Of a stretch of DNA of 64,000 bases, positions 51,801 to 64,000 are shown in pieces. The translations under genes were made by a program, and so were the position numbers. Within the stretch, counting starts at the first letter, position 1. Every line of letters starts with the position of its first letter. Source of the DNA: Hyphochytrium catenoides (Eukaryota > Protista > Hyphochytriomycota); contig FLMG01001274.1 of the NCBI GenBank assembly GCA_900088475.1, forward strand, positions 1-64,000. The letters are read 5' to 3'. The notes beneath the pieces are model-generated. The model had not been told where the DNA came from and did not search any database. It saw only the letters and a list, made by a program, of their open reading frames with translations.

Positions 51801-52159
51801 TAGCGACTTTGGAAGAGCTGGCAAGAACCATTAGCGCAGGACGTCTACACTTCCCGATGGAGGTTCAGATGACGATATTAAGCTTTCTTCCTAATGAAGG
51901 GCTCAGCCTCTCCGCTGCCTGGAAGCACCGCGAGCGGTTGTCCCGCGAGAGAAGGCTCTTGTGTGCTGAGAAGAGCTTCTATGCCGAGCTGACAGTGCCA
52001 AAGTGGCGACAGATCCAGAAAAGAGTCATCCTGCAGCGGAGGTCCCTAAAAATGGGGGAAGGCGATGAAGATGATGAGTCTTCTGATGATGAGGAATGGG
52101 GCCGCTCATACTATGATATGGACCTTGATCGAGGTTTTGAGGATGAATCGGACTATTAA
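45823..52159 (+). CDS. Large protein (about 1,900 aa, 4 exons): helical N-terminal region, SPRY domain, DUF4246 (2OG-Fe(II) oxygenase-like) domain
   Basis: Four ORFs (45823, 48978, 49764, 50333) join in frame through three GT-AG introns. SPRY motifs are CYFECTL, VSVGL and FTEGDTVGVGLD...FFFTKNG. DUF4246 motifs are YQLLPS...IKSDIN, LQVIV, WHMEG..AEDIVA, GLVAFKN.IQ, LTFLLVCP..RILST..VP and RERLSRER. Confidence 0.75.
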
Positions 52160-52810
52160 CGAGAATGGAAGCAGGCTCCCTCACTACAGGCGGGAGGGAG
52201 GCAATCAGAGGAAGGCCACGGAGGTGGTACTGGCAACCATGAGGAGTGTGCTCGAGAGCGCCAAAGCGATTTGAAGACGTGTCTCTCTTAGTGTCCATTG
52301 GCAGAGTAGACAGTGGATAACAGACGAACTGAAGATGAAGAGATAATCCCTTCCCAGGCTTCCACTTTATAATGTAGGGAAGTTTTCGTAGGTAAGTAGG
52401 GAGTGAGTAGGTTAGACTACCTTCTCACAGCTATGTTTTAATGTTAAAACTGGTACAAGGACAGATGAAAGCACTGCGTGAGCTCAATAAAATCTGGAAA
52501 GGGCGAGTAGTGAACAAGATAGAGCGAGATCCCATAAGCGGCTGCAGAGAGGGCCATTATATTCTTTCACGGTGCAGGAACTCGAAGGTAAGCTGCCACT
52601 ACGGCCGTGGCGAGCGAGGCGGGAGGCTCCTCCAGGAAAAGAAGCTTCGCACACAGAAGGGAGAGAAAAAGTAGACCGAACAACTTTGGGGAAGAAGAGA
52701 GACAGTGAAGTTCTCTTTGACCATCCTTCCCACGGCTTACTTCAACGCACGATGTAAACAAATCGCTACTGCTACCCAGGGCTAGGTAAATATGCTCAGA
52801 GTAAGACCTG

Positions 52811-55800
52811 TCAAAATTCCAGGTGGAGCAGGAGAGCAAGACAGAAAGCGACCAGAGAGTCAGCAAGTAGGAGATAGAGCCGTGTGGCCGTAGCTACAGT
52901 CTCCATCCTTGTGATTCCCGTTATATGACCGTCTAGAACCTTTCCCACATCATCTACCACCTCTCTCTTTGCTTTACTTAGTCCAACATGATCTTTGGTC
53001 TCTGTTCGCTCCCCTGCTTCTCTCCTATAAGCTTGCTTACCTTCTGCCCCAGCGTACTGCTTCTGTTGTAGTCTTTCCTCCTCTTCCAAGCTGTTCAGTG
53101 CTTCTACAAGCTCGTCACCAGCCACAAGCTTCAGGACCTCCGCCTTGCGCTGCCGCAACACGGACGAAAGGCGAGGATCTGATCCGCGAACCTCAATCCT
53201 GCCACCCAGGAACACTCCTGGCAGAGGCATTTGGGTTGTTAGCACGGCACGATAGAGAGCTCTGACCAGAACCTCGCCTACTTCTGTTCTTTCTCGCCTG
53301 ACATCCCAATCGTTTTGCCTTCTTCTCTGCTTTCCGTTCCTCTGTTCCCATTACTTCTCACACGTCAGCTGCTCTCTTTCCAACTCTCCTATCTCTGCTC
53401 CCTTACTGCTTTGTCATATCTATCTTCTTTCTCTCTTGTTCCTGAGATACCACCTTCTCCTTGTAGAAGCAGGCGATGGCTACTGACCTTCCCGCTTATC
53501 GTCTTCAAGTACACACAAGCTAATAGTGATGCCCACATGTGAGCCTCGGAAGGTGTTGGACAGGTAGGAAGCCTTTCGAAGAGATATAAATCAAGCTTAG
53601 TGTGTGTCACAAGGGTCGCAGGGAGGCGAGAGCGAGAGGAAGTGAGAGTGTCAACGACTGAGAAAGGGAGGTGGAGATATACTTGACCAGATGATCAAGA
53701 TGGCGGGCAAGGCTTGAAAGAAGCTAACATCAGAAGAAAACAGGAAAAGTAATAGTTGATCTAAGTAGACACACACCGTCCAAAGTCCGCTCCCAGTAGG
53801 TGGCAATGGAAACACTGGCTGTAGCTTGTGAGAGTGCCTCAACGCGATCCTGTCAAAGAGACTCTTGGGCTCTGTCTCTTTTCCCAAGAGTCGCCTCTGG
53901 GGGCTCCTAACTACGACAAAAGCCGCATGGTCCATGCTACTCACCAGCCATGGCGGGGAAGTGGGAAGGGAAAGAAGTCAGTTAGGCGAGATACGTGAGC
54001 AGAGCAGCAGGACATAAGTGGGGAGCAGTTAGAGGGCGATTTAAGAAAGTATCAGGGGCGTCTGTGAGGCGGAACAGCGAAAATCTCGAATAGCATTAAG
54101 GATAGATGGCTGCCTGTTGAAGCCAGTCACAAATTTTGTGTCGGTACCGCTGCCAAAGCTCCCTGAAAGACTCCAATCGAGCCTGAGATGTGTGCGGCCG
54201 AACTAGCATCACCTCTAGAGGCAGGAGGTACGGCTGAGGCTGTAGTACAATGTCCTGTACATTGAGAGACAGTGTGAGAGCTTTCTTGAGGTGAAGGAGG
54301 GATACAGACAATGGATATGAAGTTGTACCACAGAAACTGAGAGCCAGGGTTAACGAGACAAGCTCAGCAGAGAAGCTGTACAGAGAAGGGGAAGAGATGG
54401 CTAACGAACCTTGGGTCGCTGCGGCGCTTGAGCGGTGCCACGAGACCCTGCACCCTCTGTTTCTGTTCGCTGGCCGCCTGACTCTTCGGTCACTTCACTC
54501 TCGTCCGCACCTTCAAAGATTATCTACGAGGACAATCTATCAAAAGCCAGCCAGAATCTTGATCCCCAGGGCTACAAACGCTGAAAGACAAGCACAGGTG
54601 TGCAAGAGCTAGCGAGAACAAGGAACGTTGGTCTAAGGAAGCGAAAAGCAGTGTTCAACGGGCTGGAGAAAGCAAAATCTGAATAGAACAAAAGGGATAG
54701 TAACCGAAAGGGCTATGGGACAATTGCAATCGACACCTAGCGCAAGAGAGTGATCCCCAAAGGAAGCTGAATGAGTCACTGGCCACCTGCAATCCTACGC
54801 TAAATGATCCAACATCTAGCATCACAAGCCTAGTCTCCCAGAACACACTAGCGTGAGGCACCAAGGAGCCTTCTAGGTGGAAAGACGAGTCTGACTGTCC
54901 GCTGGACAGCGTTGCGGGGCCGGAGAAGTCTGAGACAAACCTAATCAAGTCAGGGTAAGAGGTAGTCCTTTGAATGGCCGCAAATGTAGGTAGTATATTT
55001 ACAGTGCAGATGCCCATACCGAATAGAGGAGAGCCTGATGTTCGTCATGTTAAAGCAGCAGAACCTCACCAGCACCTCACCTCCAGGAAGCACCAAGTGT
55101 TGAGCAATAACCTACACGAGGAAAAGAGTATGAGAACGCTAAAAGGTAGAGTGACACGGCTTGCTCGTTGTTGCAAAGGCAACAAAGTTCACAAGCCTGT
55201 CGATAATCCCAAAGAAAAGAACCTTCACTGGGTCAGAACTCCCTGTCATGGTATAAGACTCTTCGTCATCGTCGAGCTCCATCGGCCCAAGACCCGCGGC
55301 ACAGGTCCCAGTCTCCTGACGCCCTGAAGAGGCGAAGCGATAAAACTCTATCGCCATTGGTGACTGGCTCCACCCCACAGCAGGAGGCAGTTGACTCACG
55401 AGGTACTCAGGAACAGGCTCCCGTTGCAGAAGGATGTTCATCATCTACGCGGTGCACAAAGAGTCAAGTCACAGATTGATAACTTTTGGCGCTCTCTCCC
55501 TAAAGTCGCGAGTCGCAGCAGCTCTATTCCGAGCCCCTTAAGCAATCTATCCATTTGCGGTCGAGGTTTGTCTAGCTGTTTTCCTCTTTTCCTCTCTCCA
55601 ACAGCTAAAACGCTAGTTCGACGCCATTGCTTGTCCCGTAATGGGCCGGAGTGCTCTCTCATGCTCTCTCTCTCTCTCTCTCTCTCTTCCTCTCTCTCTT
55701 CCTCACTCTCGCTCTTTTCCTCTCTCTTCCTTTCTGTCTTTCTCTAATGTGCCCTCTTTCGACTTCCTGTCACTCTTCATTCTCATTTTGTCATCTGTCT

Positions 55801-58800
55801 GCAAGAGTAGATTCAGAGTACGCGATTGTCATCCTACATTATCTCCGGGAGGCTTTTTCTTCTTGTCCAGAAGATCTAATGCTGACTCGAAGCTACAGGG
55901 CCCACAAAAGACGAAGCAATACATGTGAGAACTTGATTTCAGAGGAGGAACTTTAAGTAGTATTATCCTACCTCTTGACACCGAGAATAGAGGTCTTTTC
56001 AGCCAGTTCTGAGTACGCAGTCGTTAGGCCAGAGCGAACCGCTTCTGACATTGTTGGGAAACTGTCAAGTGAACAAATCCGCGTAACTTAGTTAGCCGAA
56101 GGGAAAGAGACAATGGAAAGGGGCTGCAAAGAGAAATGAGAAGGGGCAGCACGGGAAACGAGGACAGTAAACAGTTCTTACCGTCTCGCCAAGAGTAGAG
56201 CTGAGTGGATACCCAGCTCTACAGTGGCGTCGTAGCTCTCACTGCGCGGTGCAGAGTCCGTTGTTCCTCCTCCTAACTTGCCCTGAAGAAAGCGTTCGTG
56301 CCTCTGGGCTTGGTAAGCCTTCATGACAGACCAATGGACCGTTAGTGTGAGAAAGATTAGAGCGGACCACCTATTTACCTAAGCAAAGAGTAGACGAAGC
56401 AATGCTATAAGTCCAAGATCAAGATGCCATATTAGAGAGCAATGGCTCCCCCATATGCTAAACAGCCTTTAGTCAGTGAACTAGCTCCAGAAGAAAAAGA
56501 AAGAGAGGCAGGTGTCTAAGCTTGACGAGAAAGAGGCTCCCTCCTCTACCTTCATCGCCTCATTGTTACGCATTTCGAGTAGAATGTGATGGAGCAGGTC
56601 CTGGCCTAGAACATTTTCATCGAATTCCTCGGCCGGATCTTCGACAGGTTGGGCAGCATTCCCAAGGCTGACATCTTAGCAGTAAGTAAGGGTCAGACCA
56701 TCGCTAGTTCATCTCATATGAGACCTGTTCACATCCCAGAAAGGATCTGTGCCTTCTCCTGCATAGACTCGACGGCTATTCTCTGTTTCTCACCAAATCT
56801 CGTCCTCTCCTGTCTCTATCTCTCTCAACCTCGATCTGCCTAGAGATGGTCTGAAGGTCCCTCGTCGTCTGAACTGTTTCGCCAGTGCTTTTCGTCCAAC
56901 GATCGTGAGCGACTATAGACTCTCTTCCCATGCTTTATCTATTAAAGCCCTCCCCCACTGCCACTTATGCCTCTTAGAATTGCTTTCTTACCTCGGGTAA
57001 AGCCCCAATAAAGAGCAAGAAGATGGAGGAGACCGATACGAATGCTGGGTGTACGTATCTCAGCAAGCCACCACTCCAAGAGATTATCCAGCACTCTACT
57101 GAACCGCTGTTGGAACTCTCCCACATCCTCTAGCCCTAAAAGTAGCAAGAAAAGGCGCTCGGTACACGAAGAGTAGTGAAGAAAGAATAACGACTAGCTC
57201 GGGAGGAAAGAGGAAGAGGTACGAGCCCAGCTTCAAGAGACTGAGTCTGTTACAGAGAGGCCAAGCTCGTAGCGACGATGCACAAGGCTGTGAGAGAGAG
57301 CTAAAGCCATCATGCTACCATAGGAAGAAAAAACTTACCCAGCCTAACACGATTGTCATGAGACGTCAGAAGGTGTCCTACCACGTGAAGACAATAGAGA
57401 TAGAACCAGGCATCCAGACAGTTGGTAGGACTCTCTCGCACCCAACCCATAGAAGAGATGGTGAACTCGAGGACCTTAAGACAGGCATCCAGCTCCATAC
57501 GCAGAGGAGTTGAAGGTAGAAGAGAGACCGCATTTCCGGATTCTTTTTGATCAGCCTTTAATGCTTTGTAGGCTTTAACCAATATGCCCGATGGCAGGAG
57601 AAAGTGCCCTAAAAGCGCAGCCACAAGTTCTGTTCGCTGCTGAGCACGGGCAGTGTTCTGCAAGGTAAACAGGCTAAGCTTTCACCTTTATCGTACAGCT
57701 CGTCTGGATGTCTCNNNNNNNNNNNNNNNNNNNNNNNNNNNNNNNCTGTCTCTCTTACCTCCAGCAGAGATTTACACCAGTTGTCTTCCATGAGGAGAGC
57801 AACAGGAACATCTTGGAAGCTCTGTGCCTTCTCAGTCACGCGTTTTATCGCCATGTCCAGGATTTTTAGTGTTAGTGAGAAACGCGTGCTGAGAGAATCG
57901 TGGTCAGTGGGGGCATTGAAAGGAGGGGAGAGGAGAGGGGAGCACCTCATGTCTTTTATTTCTAGGCACACAGCCAAGACCTGGGGTAGGTGGTGCCAAA
58001 TATCGTCAACATACGCCCATTGAAAGCTGCGATAAAGGAGTTCGGTGCCCTGCGCACAAGACAAATAGCAAAGGACAGTAAGATAGGAGGCACCTGCTAT
58101 AAAGGGGAAGAGGATGAAGGTAAGAGTAAAAAGACTGAAAGAAGAGGAACGGAAGTTGGAGTCAAGTAAGATTCATGGGCAGAAAGATGGGCTTCAGAGA
58201 CAACTGTTTGCCGTTGTCATGGGATAGGCTTATGCGGCGCAGTTGCCAGGCCACTCACCGTCTCTCTGAACGCGGTTATCGTGGGTCCATGTCGCATAGA
58301 ACAAGAGAGCATCCCCTTGATAAGAGCGGACATCCACTCGCCTTTGTGCTCATCAAACTGGTGTCAGAAGCAGTTAGGACGATTCATGTTGAGACATAAC
58401 GTCAAGCCTGTACTTCCTCTTCGACAATCTCTCCTTTAGTTCTTACCAGCGGAGATTCACAGAGTCTAAGACAGCCGTTAGCTGCAGCTGCCACTGCAGA
58501 AGGATCCGTCTCCCTAGAGGTAAGACGAAGATTGGAAACAAGATAAGACATGCGCCGTCAGTGCTCCCAGTAGTCTCTCCTTTTTACCGAAGAAGAGGGA
58601 TGAGCTCCTGTGTAATCCAGGAGAAGGCTATGTGGTCTGCACGGACAGAGTAAGCGGTCCCAGTGGATTGGTCTTCTAACAGTACGGCAGGCTTATACAG
58701 CTCAGGGTGCTTGTACGCCCCGCTGCTGGCTAGTTGGTGCTCTACCAGCACTGCGAATACCTCGACAGCTGCAGGTCGTCGTTAGTTAGCTTGAGGCGCG

Positions 58801-60253
58801 TAAGGACTTTGTAGACAAAAGCAGGCCAAGGGAACAGAACGAGATGACTAAATCGCAGAGAAGGAGCGTTAGCCACTAAAGAAAGAGAGAGGGGAGGCCC
58901 TAACGGCCGAACGCACGCAGAAGCAAGCACTTGGTCCAAGAGCGATGAGGAAGACACTGCCGCTGTTTGAGAGACTAGTAAAGAGAGGCAGACTCACTAG
59001 GAGCATTCGGAGAACAGGATCAGAAGCACGGGAGAAAGAAAGACAAAGAGGAATCCGAGTCCGAAGCCGAGAGGCAAGGACGGAGAAAGACAAAGGGATA
59101 GGAAAGAAGATAGTATAAGCGTCAGGGGTCTTCCCATCTCACCAGCAGGCTTTTGTCTCACACTGAGCGAGCGAAAAGATTCTAGAACGCGGCTATAGTT
59201 GGTTTGAAGCATCGCTAACACGGTGGCCATCAGCGGCCCGACCAATGGGTTGCCACTAAGGCCATGGTCTTCCCTGACTTGCTTCTGTGCCTCGCCTCCC
59301 TCTATGGGGCGACGCTGTAGGCTGGATATCTTGGCTCTCCTTGCTTCGTTTAACAGTTCACTGATAGCAGAAAACGCTTGTGCGGCCACGGCGGGGGAGG
59401 GGTTCATAGTCAACTGAACAATGTCTTTCCACACATCTTCCGCAGCGTTCTTGCAATCTGAAACTGCCTATTGGCAATCAAAGCCATTGTCAGAGAGAGT
59501 ATATGCCAGGGATAGAGACAAAGAGTGTGTGCATGACAGGATCGAGAAAGTGCCGAGCAACGTGAGGTTTTGCTGGCGAGGAGTTAGATAGCAGCCCAAG
59601 AGGGGCCCAGTATAGCGTCCAGAGGGGAGGGAAAGTCAGTGGTATCGCTTTAGACCTGAGCTCTCTCTTCTGCAGAGTCGTATGTCTTCGCTCCTAGCGG
59701 ACCGTAAGATGCAGCGGCGCCTTGAGTGCAAAGAAAAAGCTTGAGAGTGATGTTGGCTGAGACCTCAATGGCCGCTCTCTGCATCGCTTCATTTTCATGG
59801 TGCAAACCCGCCTGGAGCTTGGATAAAAGGCCTCCGGGGGCAAGTGCAAGATCTACTAATGCGGCGTCCGGAGCTGCAGATAGCGTTCTGAAGACGCAGA
59901 TCATCATTCCGGGGTCATTTTTCTCTCCCAGGGCCAACTCCTGACTGATTACGGGCAGTATCTGTGCCCATAGGGCTGTATCTAGCCAGACGTAAGACTT
60001 CAAGAAGGCGAAGGACAGAATCCTCACGCTTCGGCTCATTTCTGGCTTGATCCCGTGCTACAGAGAGGAGGTCAACGTTTGCTGTAGCTCGATAACTAGA
60101 AGCATAGGGTGTGCGTACCTCAATAATTGCCTCGACAGCTGCATGAGCGACAGGCTTTCCAGTCCCTGCCGCCCGTAGCAGCTTGGAGATTGCTTGGCAA
60201 AGCTTGTTAGCATCTACGGAGGAAGAGCTCGAAAAGAGCTTTGCAGCCTCCAT
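52811..60253 (-). CDS. TPLATE: TPLATE-like beta-adaptin-type subunit of the TSET/TPLATE complex (multi-exon)
   Basis: A HEAT-like trunk is followed by appendage motifs resembling plant TPLATE as recalled: MTGSSDPVK (LTGSSDP), IVLQPQPYLLPLEVML...FRELWQ (VILRCQPYKIPLTELL...FFRLWP), CVYLKTISG and IEVRGSD. The N-terminal KLLRAAGTGKPVAHAAVEAII also fits. Gene ends are approximate and one intron contains a gap. Confidence 0.72.
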
Positions 60254-60643
60254 GACCGGGGTACGTAATACTGGAACTTCTTGGCAGGCGTACGCCTCAC
60301 ACCGTCACACCGATGAAGAAATAACCCTCTCTTTAGAGCACGATACGCATAGCTTCTGCCCGTCGGGTGCTGCGTCAAGAAGCTAGCAAAAGAGACCTGA
60401 GGCAAATCTCTAAAGCAGATAGGACGCCACCGGAAGGCCTCGCAGCATTCAGAGATGAAGACGAAGACTCAAATCTCTGGAAGTGGATGAGAGGAAATCT
60501 GAAGCTTCACCTACAGATTCCAAAGGCCACAGCGGGCTAAATGATTATCATCAGCGTCTAGATATTGATAATCATAGCTTCACTTGTAACGCCTTTTGTT
60601 GGGAAGAAAGGTTGCTGGTTGGGGTGGATGGACTGAAAAAGGT

Positions 60644-60702
60644 GTCTCTCTCTCTCTCTCTCTCTCTCTCGTTCTCTCTCTCTCTCGTTCTTCCCTCTCG
60701 GC

Positions 60703-60742
<40 letters not shown>

Positions 60743-60753
60743 CTCCCTCTCTT

Positions 60754-60800
<47 letters not shown>

Positions 60801-60985
60801 CTTTGCAGCTCATTCTTTCGTTCCCCTCTCTGCTCTGTCTCTCTATCTCCCGTTTCTAGCTCGCTCTGTCTTTATCTCCCCTTTCGTCCCTCTCTTTCTC
60901 TGGGTACCCCTCCACTCTTCTAGTTCTCTCGCTCTGTCTCTCGATCCATCTCAAGTCACACGCTTCTCTCTCTCTCTCTCTCTGT
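60644..60985. repeat. (CT)n microsatellite
   Basis: Long CT runs are visible. Similar tracts occur at about 8018-8160, 55655-55745, 62330-62380, 62570-62685 and 63510-63620. Confidence 0.85.
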
Positions 60986-61397
60986 GTCTGGCGGGAGCGA
61001 AGGAAAGAAGAGGTCCAAGCACCTACTGATAGAAGACTCACAATGGCCATTGACCATCCCAAGAGGCTGCTAAGCAGAGAATGCAGCATAATACCGCCGT
61101 CGAGTCGAGCGACTATTGACTATCTGAGCATGAGGCGAACTCCAATCTTCATCGTTCCATCCTCTCATTGACAATGGAGCACGACTAACGTAGATCATCA
61201 GCAAGGCAAAGCGTTGTGGCAGCAGTAGAACGTAATTGCTTAGGGCAGTGATCTCTATGACTACTTTGAATGCTAGTCCTTCACTTCCGGGTTCAGCTAA
61301 TAAATAAAGAAGGGCAGCTTTGAAGAAAGGAAGGATAGATGACAGACTGGAGCAGGGAAGAAGAACTAGTCCTGGTGCTCTTCTAAAGCATCACTTC

Positions 61398-61922
61398 TTA
61401 GAGCTTGACGCGGTAGTTCTGTCCGTACTTGCTGTCCCACTTCTGCTCCTTCTCCATGAAGAACGCCACCTGAACATTCCAAGTCTTAGGTGTTCCATCC
61501 GCTTCAAATGCATCGAGGAAGAGAGCCTTGTCCTCTGACGCTGGGGGATCAAAGGTCCAGCAGCAGGAGAGGTTGCGAACGTCATTGATCTCAAGGTAGT
61601 GATAGCGGTAGAGATTCCTTAGCTTGAACTGTCCCGACCGCGAGTTGAGCTGCACCCAGACGCTGATATCTCCTCCAGCTTCGTGCATGAGATAGCCCTC
61701 GTAGCGAACCACCAGCCGGGGAAAGGTGGAGTTCTTGTTGATGGAGCAGATACGCACGGCTCCATCATCAGCACACTCAGATGAGACGACGGCATTAGGC
61801 GGAGGAGAGAAGCGTCCGTCGTCTGGAGTCTTAGCAGTCTCTTCCGCCAGAATCTGAGCGACGTTCAGAGAGAGGAATGCCCCCAGAAAGAGGATGAAGA
61901 GGCTTGAGAGATTTCTCGACAT
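61398..61922 (-). CDS. Intronless secreted protein (about 174 aa) with a C-terminal W..QVAF..WDSxxGxNY motif
   Basis: The ATG at 61922 is followed by a signal-peptide-like MSRNLSSLFILFLGAFLSLNVAQILA. The beta-rich body ends WNVQVAFFMEKEQKWDSKYGQNYRVKL. Confidence 0.7.
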   Translation of the reverse strand: MSRNLSSLFILFLGAFLSLNVAQILAEETAKTPDDGRFSPPPNAVVSSECADDGAVRICSINKNSTFPRLVVRYEGYLMHEAGGDISVWVQLNSRSGQFKLRNLYRYHYLEINDVRNLSCCWTFDPPASEDKALFLDAFEADGTPKTWNVQVAFFMEKEQKWDSKYGQNYRVKL

Positions 61923-62328
61923 GCTGACTGATAGCGTTGAAACGTGCAAGTCGTCAGGCTTGAAGAGGTTTCTGGCTTCTCCTCCGCGTCGATTGTTTGC
62001 GGCTATTTCGATTCTTGTTGATGCGGAAACTTAGAGAATGAACAGGAGAATGAGAGAGAACGCTGTTGACGTCTTTCCTGCCGGAGGCTGAAGGATTGCC
62101 ATGAGACTATGGTGCAAGGAAAGTGAGAGAGAGAGAGAGAGAGAGAGGAAGTAGTGACATTAAGGGAGAGGGAGAGAGAATGTTCTGATGGGCGAAGAAG
62201 ATGTTACGACGCTCGGTCATGGACGTTTAGCCCTTCGTTAATCTTGCTGTGACCGTTCTCCAGTTTACTTTGACTGTTCCTCTTCTTCCTATATCTTCAC
62301 CTTTTGTCGCTGCTCCGCCAGAGCTCCG

Positions 62329-62383
<55 letters not shown>

Positions 62384-62638
62384 CTTCAGTCACAAGGCCT
62401 CATAATGCGAGCCATGGGTGACCACTGTAGACCATCAGCTCCTCCTGCCAAACCGAAAGAGAAAGTTATGACATTGCAAGGCTAAGGCCAAAGCCGGGCA
62501 CTGCGTAGGATAGGAAAGAGGAACGAAGATCACGATCCCCGCAGTTGGTGGGGCATATCATTATCCATCCTCTTCCTCTCTCTCTGGTCATGTCTCTCTG
62601 CCTCTCTCTGCCCCTTCTTCCCCTCTCTCTCTATCCCT

Positions 62639-62686
<48 letters not shown>

Positions 62687-64000
62687 ATCGCGTAAACGAC
62701 AGCGTAGGAGAAAAGCGAGAGATACTTCTGGAAGGTCGAAGCGTAGTGACATTTAGACTCTTATCAGAACAGGAACGACGACAAGTCGCTGCGTCTGCCC
62801 TTCACCTGCTCCTTGTGCCGCTTCGAAGGAATCTCCTCTCCCGTTGCCGTCTTACAAGCCATTCTCTCTTCCCGCGGTCACCACCAGTAGCTTGTAAGAG
62901 TAGATCAGTAGTAGATCTCTCTCTTCCTCCTGATTGGAGATACTCTTCCTTCTCATGGCTGGCAACCGTTGGTCTTTGTGCCTCTTCGCTCTCGAAGGTC
63001 GCGTAGTGTCCAAAGTGCTGATTTCCTACATACTCTTCTCTCCCCTCTCNNNNNNNNNNNNNNNNNNNNNNNNNNNNNNNNNNNNNNNNNNNNNNNNNNN
63101 NNNNNNNNNNNNNNNNNNNNNNNNNNNNNNNNNNNNNNNNCTCTTTTCTCTCTCCCCTACTGGCTCTCTCTCACCAAGAGGAGCCAGTAATCTAGAAGCA
63201 GATACTGTCACACCTCTGGATCCCCCGACCCCAAACAACACAATAGATACTACTTAAAGCGCCAATTATTAACAGTCTAACATCACTATGGCCAAATCCA
63301 GTTCTAGCCGCTAACGTCATACTCTTTCTTTCCGCATCTTATTACACAGCACTATGGAATAAGCCCTATTATGTCCTAATAAAAGAGAATGTGAGTTTGA
63401 CGGAAGGAGGTGCTTTAAGTTGTCCAAATCTAATCCACAACGAACATCCGCATCAATTGCTTCGCGTCCCTCTTAAAGAGCAGCAGCGTCGTAACAGGAA
63501 GAAGAGTCTCCATTCTTTCTCTCTCTCTGTCTCTTCTCTCTCTCTCTCTCTCTCTCCTCTCCTCTCCCTCTCTCTCTCTTCCCCCTCCCTCTCCCTCTCT
63601 CTCTCTCTCTATATCTCTGAATGCGTATCTTGCAGTCTCTGGCTGTTTGCGTCAACTGCCGCCTAGGGAAAGTCCCTGTCTCCTCCTCCACTCCTGTCTC
63701 GTCTCTCTACTCTCGGGACAAAGATGTCCCTTCTTTCTGCTCCACTTCTTTTTATATTCCTTCCTTCTCTGGCTGCGGTGCGAGGAGTTCAGGGTTCAGG
63801 AAGCTTCATGGCCTGTCTCACTGGTTGGTTCTCTTCTCTTTTGGCCCTCTGCGTGTCAAATCGTCCACCTCCATCGCTCTCTTTCTCTTACCCTCCCTCT
63901 CCTCTTTCCCTCTTTCTTTGTCTCGTGTCTTCCTTCCAGAGCGCGGCTGTCTGTCCATTGTTCGCTCTTTACGATGCCATGGACCACCGCTGAAAATGTT

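Overview
This is eukaryotic, intron-rich nuclear DNA with many (CT)n microsatellites and five assembly gaps. It is probably from a stramenopile-type protist; that is an inference from the PSTALRE CDK with an oomycete-like N-terminus. About 13 protein-coding genes were reconstructed by hand-splicing. From left to right: (1-2) a head-to-head inverted duplicate pair of secreted proteins with signal peptide, RHLK motif and beta/gamma-crystallin-like domain; (3) a roughly 11 kb gene fusing a predicted myristoylation site, two cNMP-binding domains, a CaMKK-type kinase and a PP2C phosphatase; (4) CDK1/CDKA; (5) a TPR plus non-canonical poly(A)-polymerase-type nucleotidyltransferase; (6) an MscS channel; (7) a C1orf109-like protein; (8) homoserine kinase with an N-terminal membrane anchor; (9) MPP alpha retaining a full HxxEH...E zinc motif; (10) a bacterial-type RlmI methyltransferase with one intron; (11) a roughly 1,900-aa SPRY plus DUF4246 fusion; (12) TPLATE of the TSET complex; (13) an intronless small secreted protein. 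No rRNA, tRNA or CRISPR array was seen. All family calls come from motif recognition, not database searches, and exon boundaries are manual predictions.
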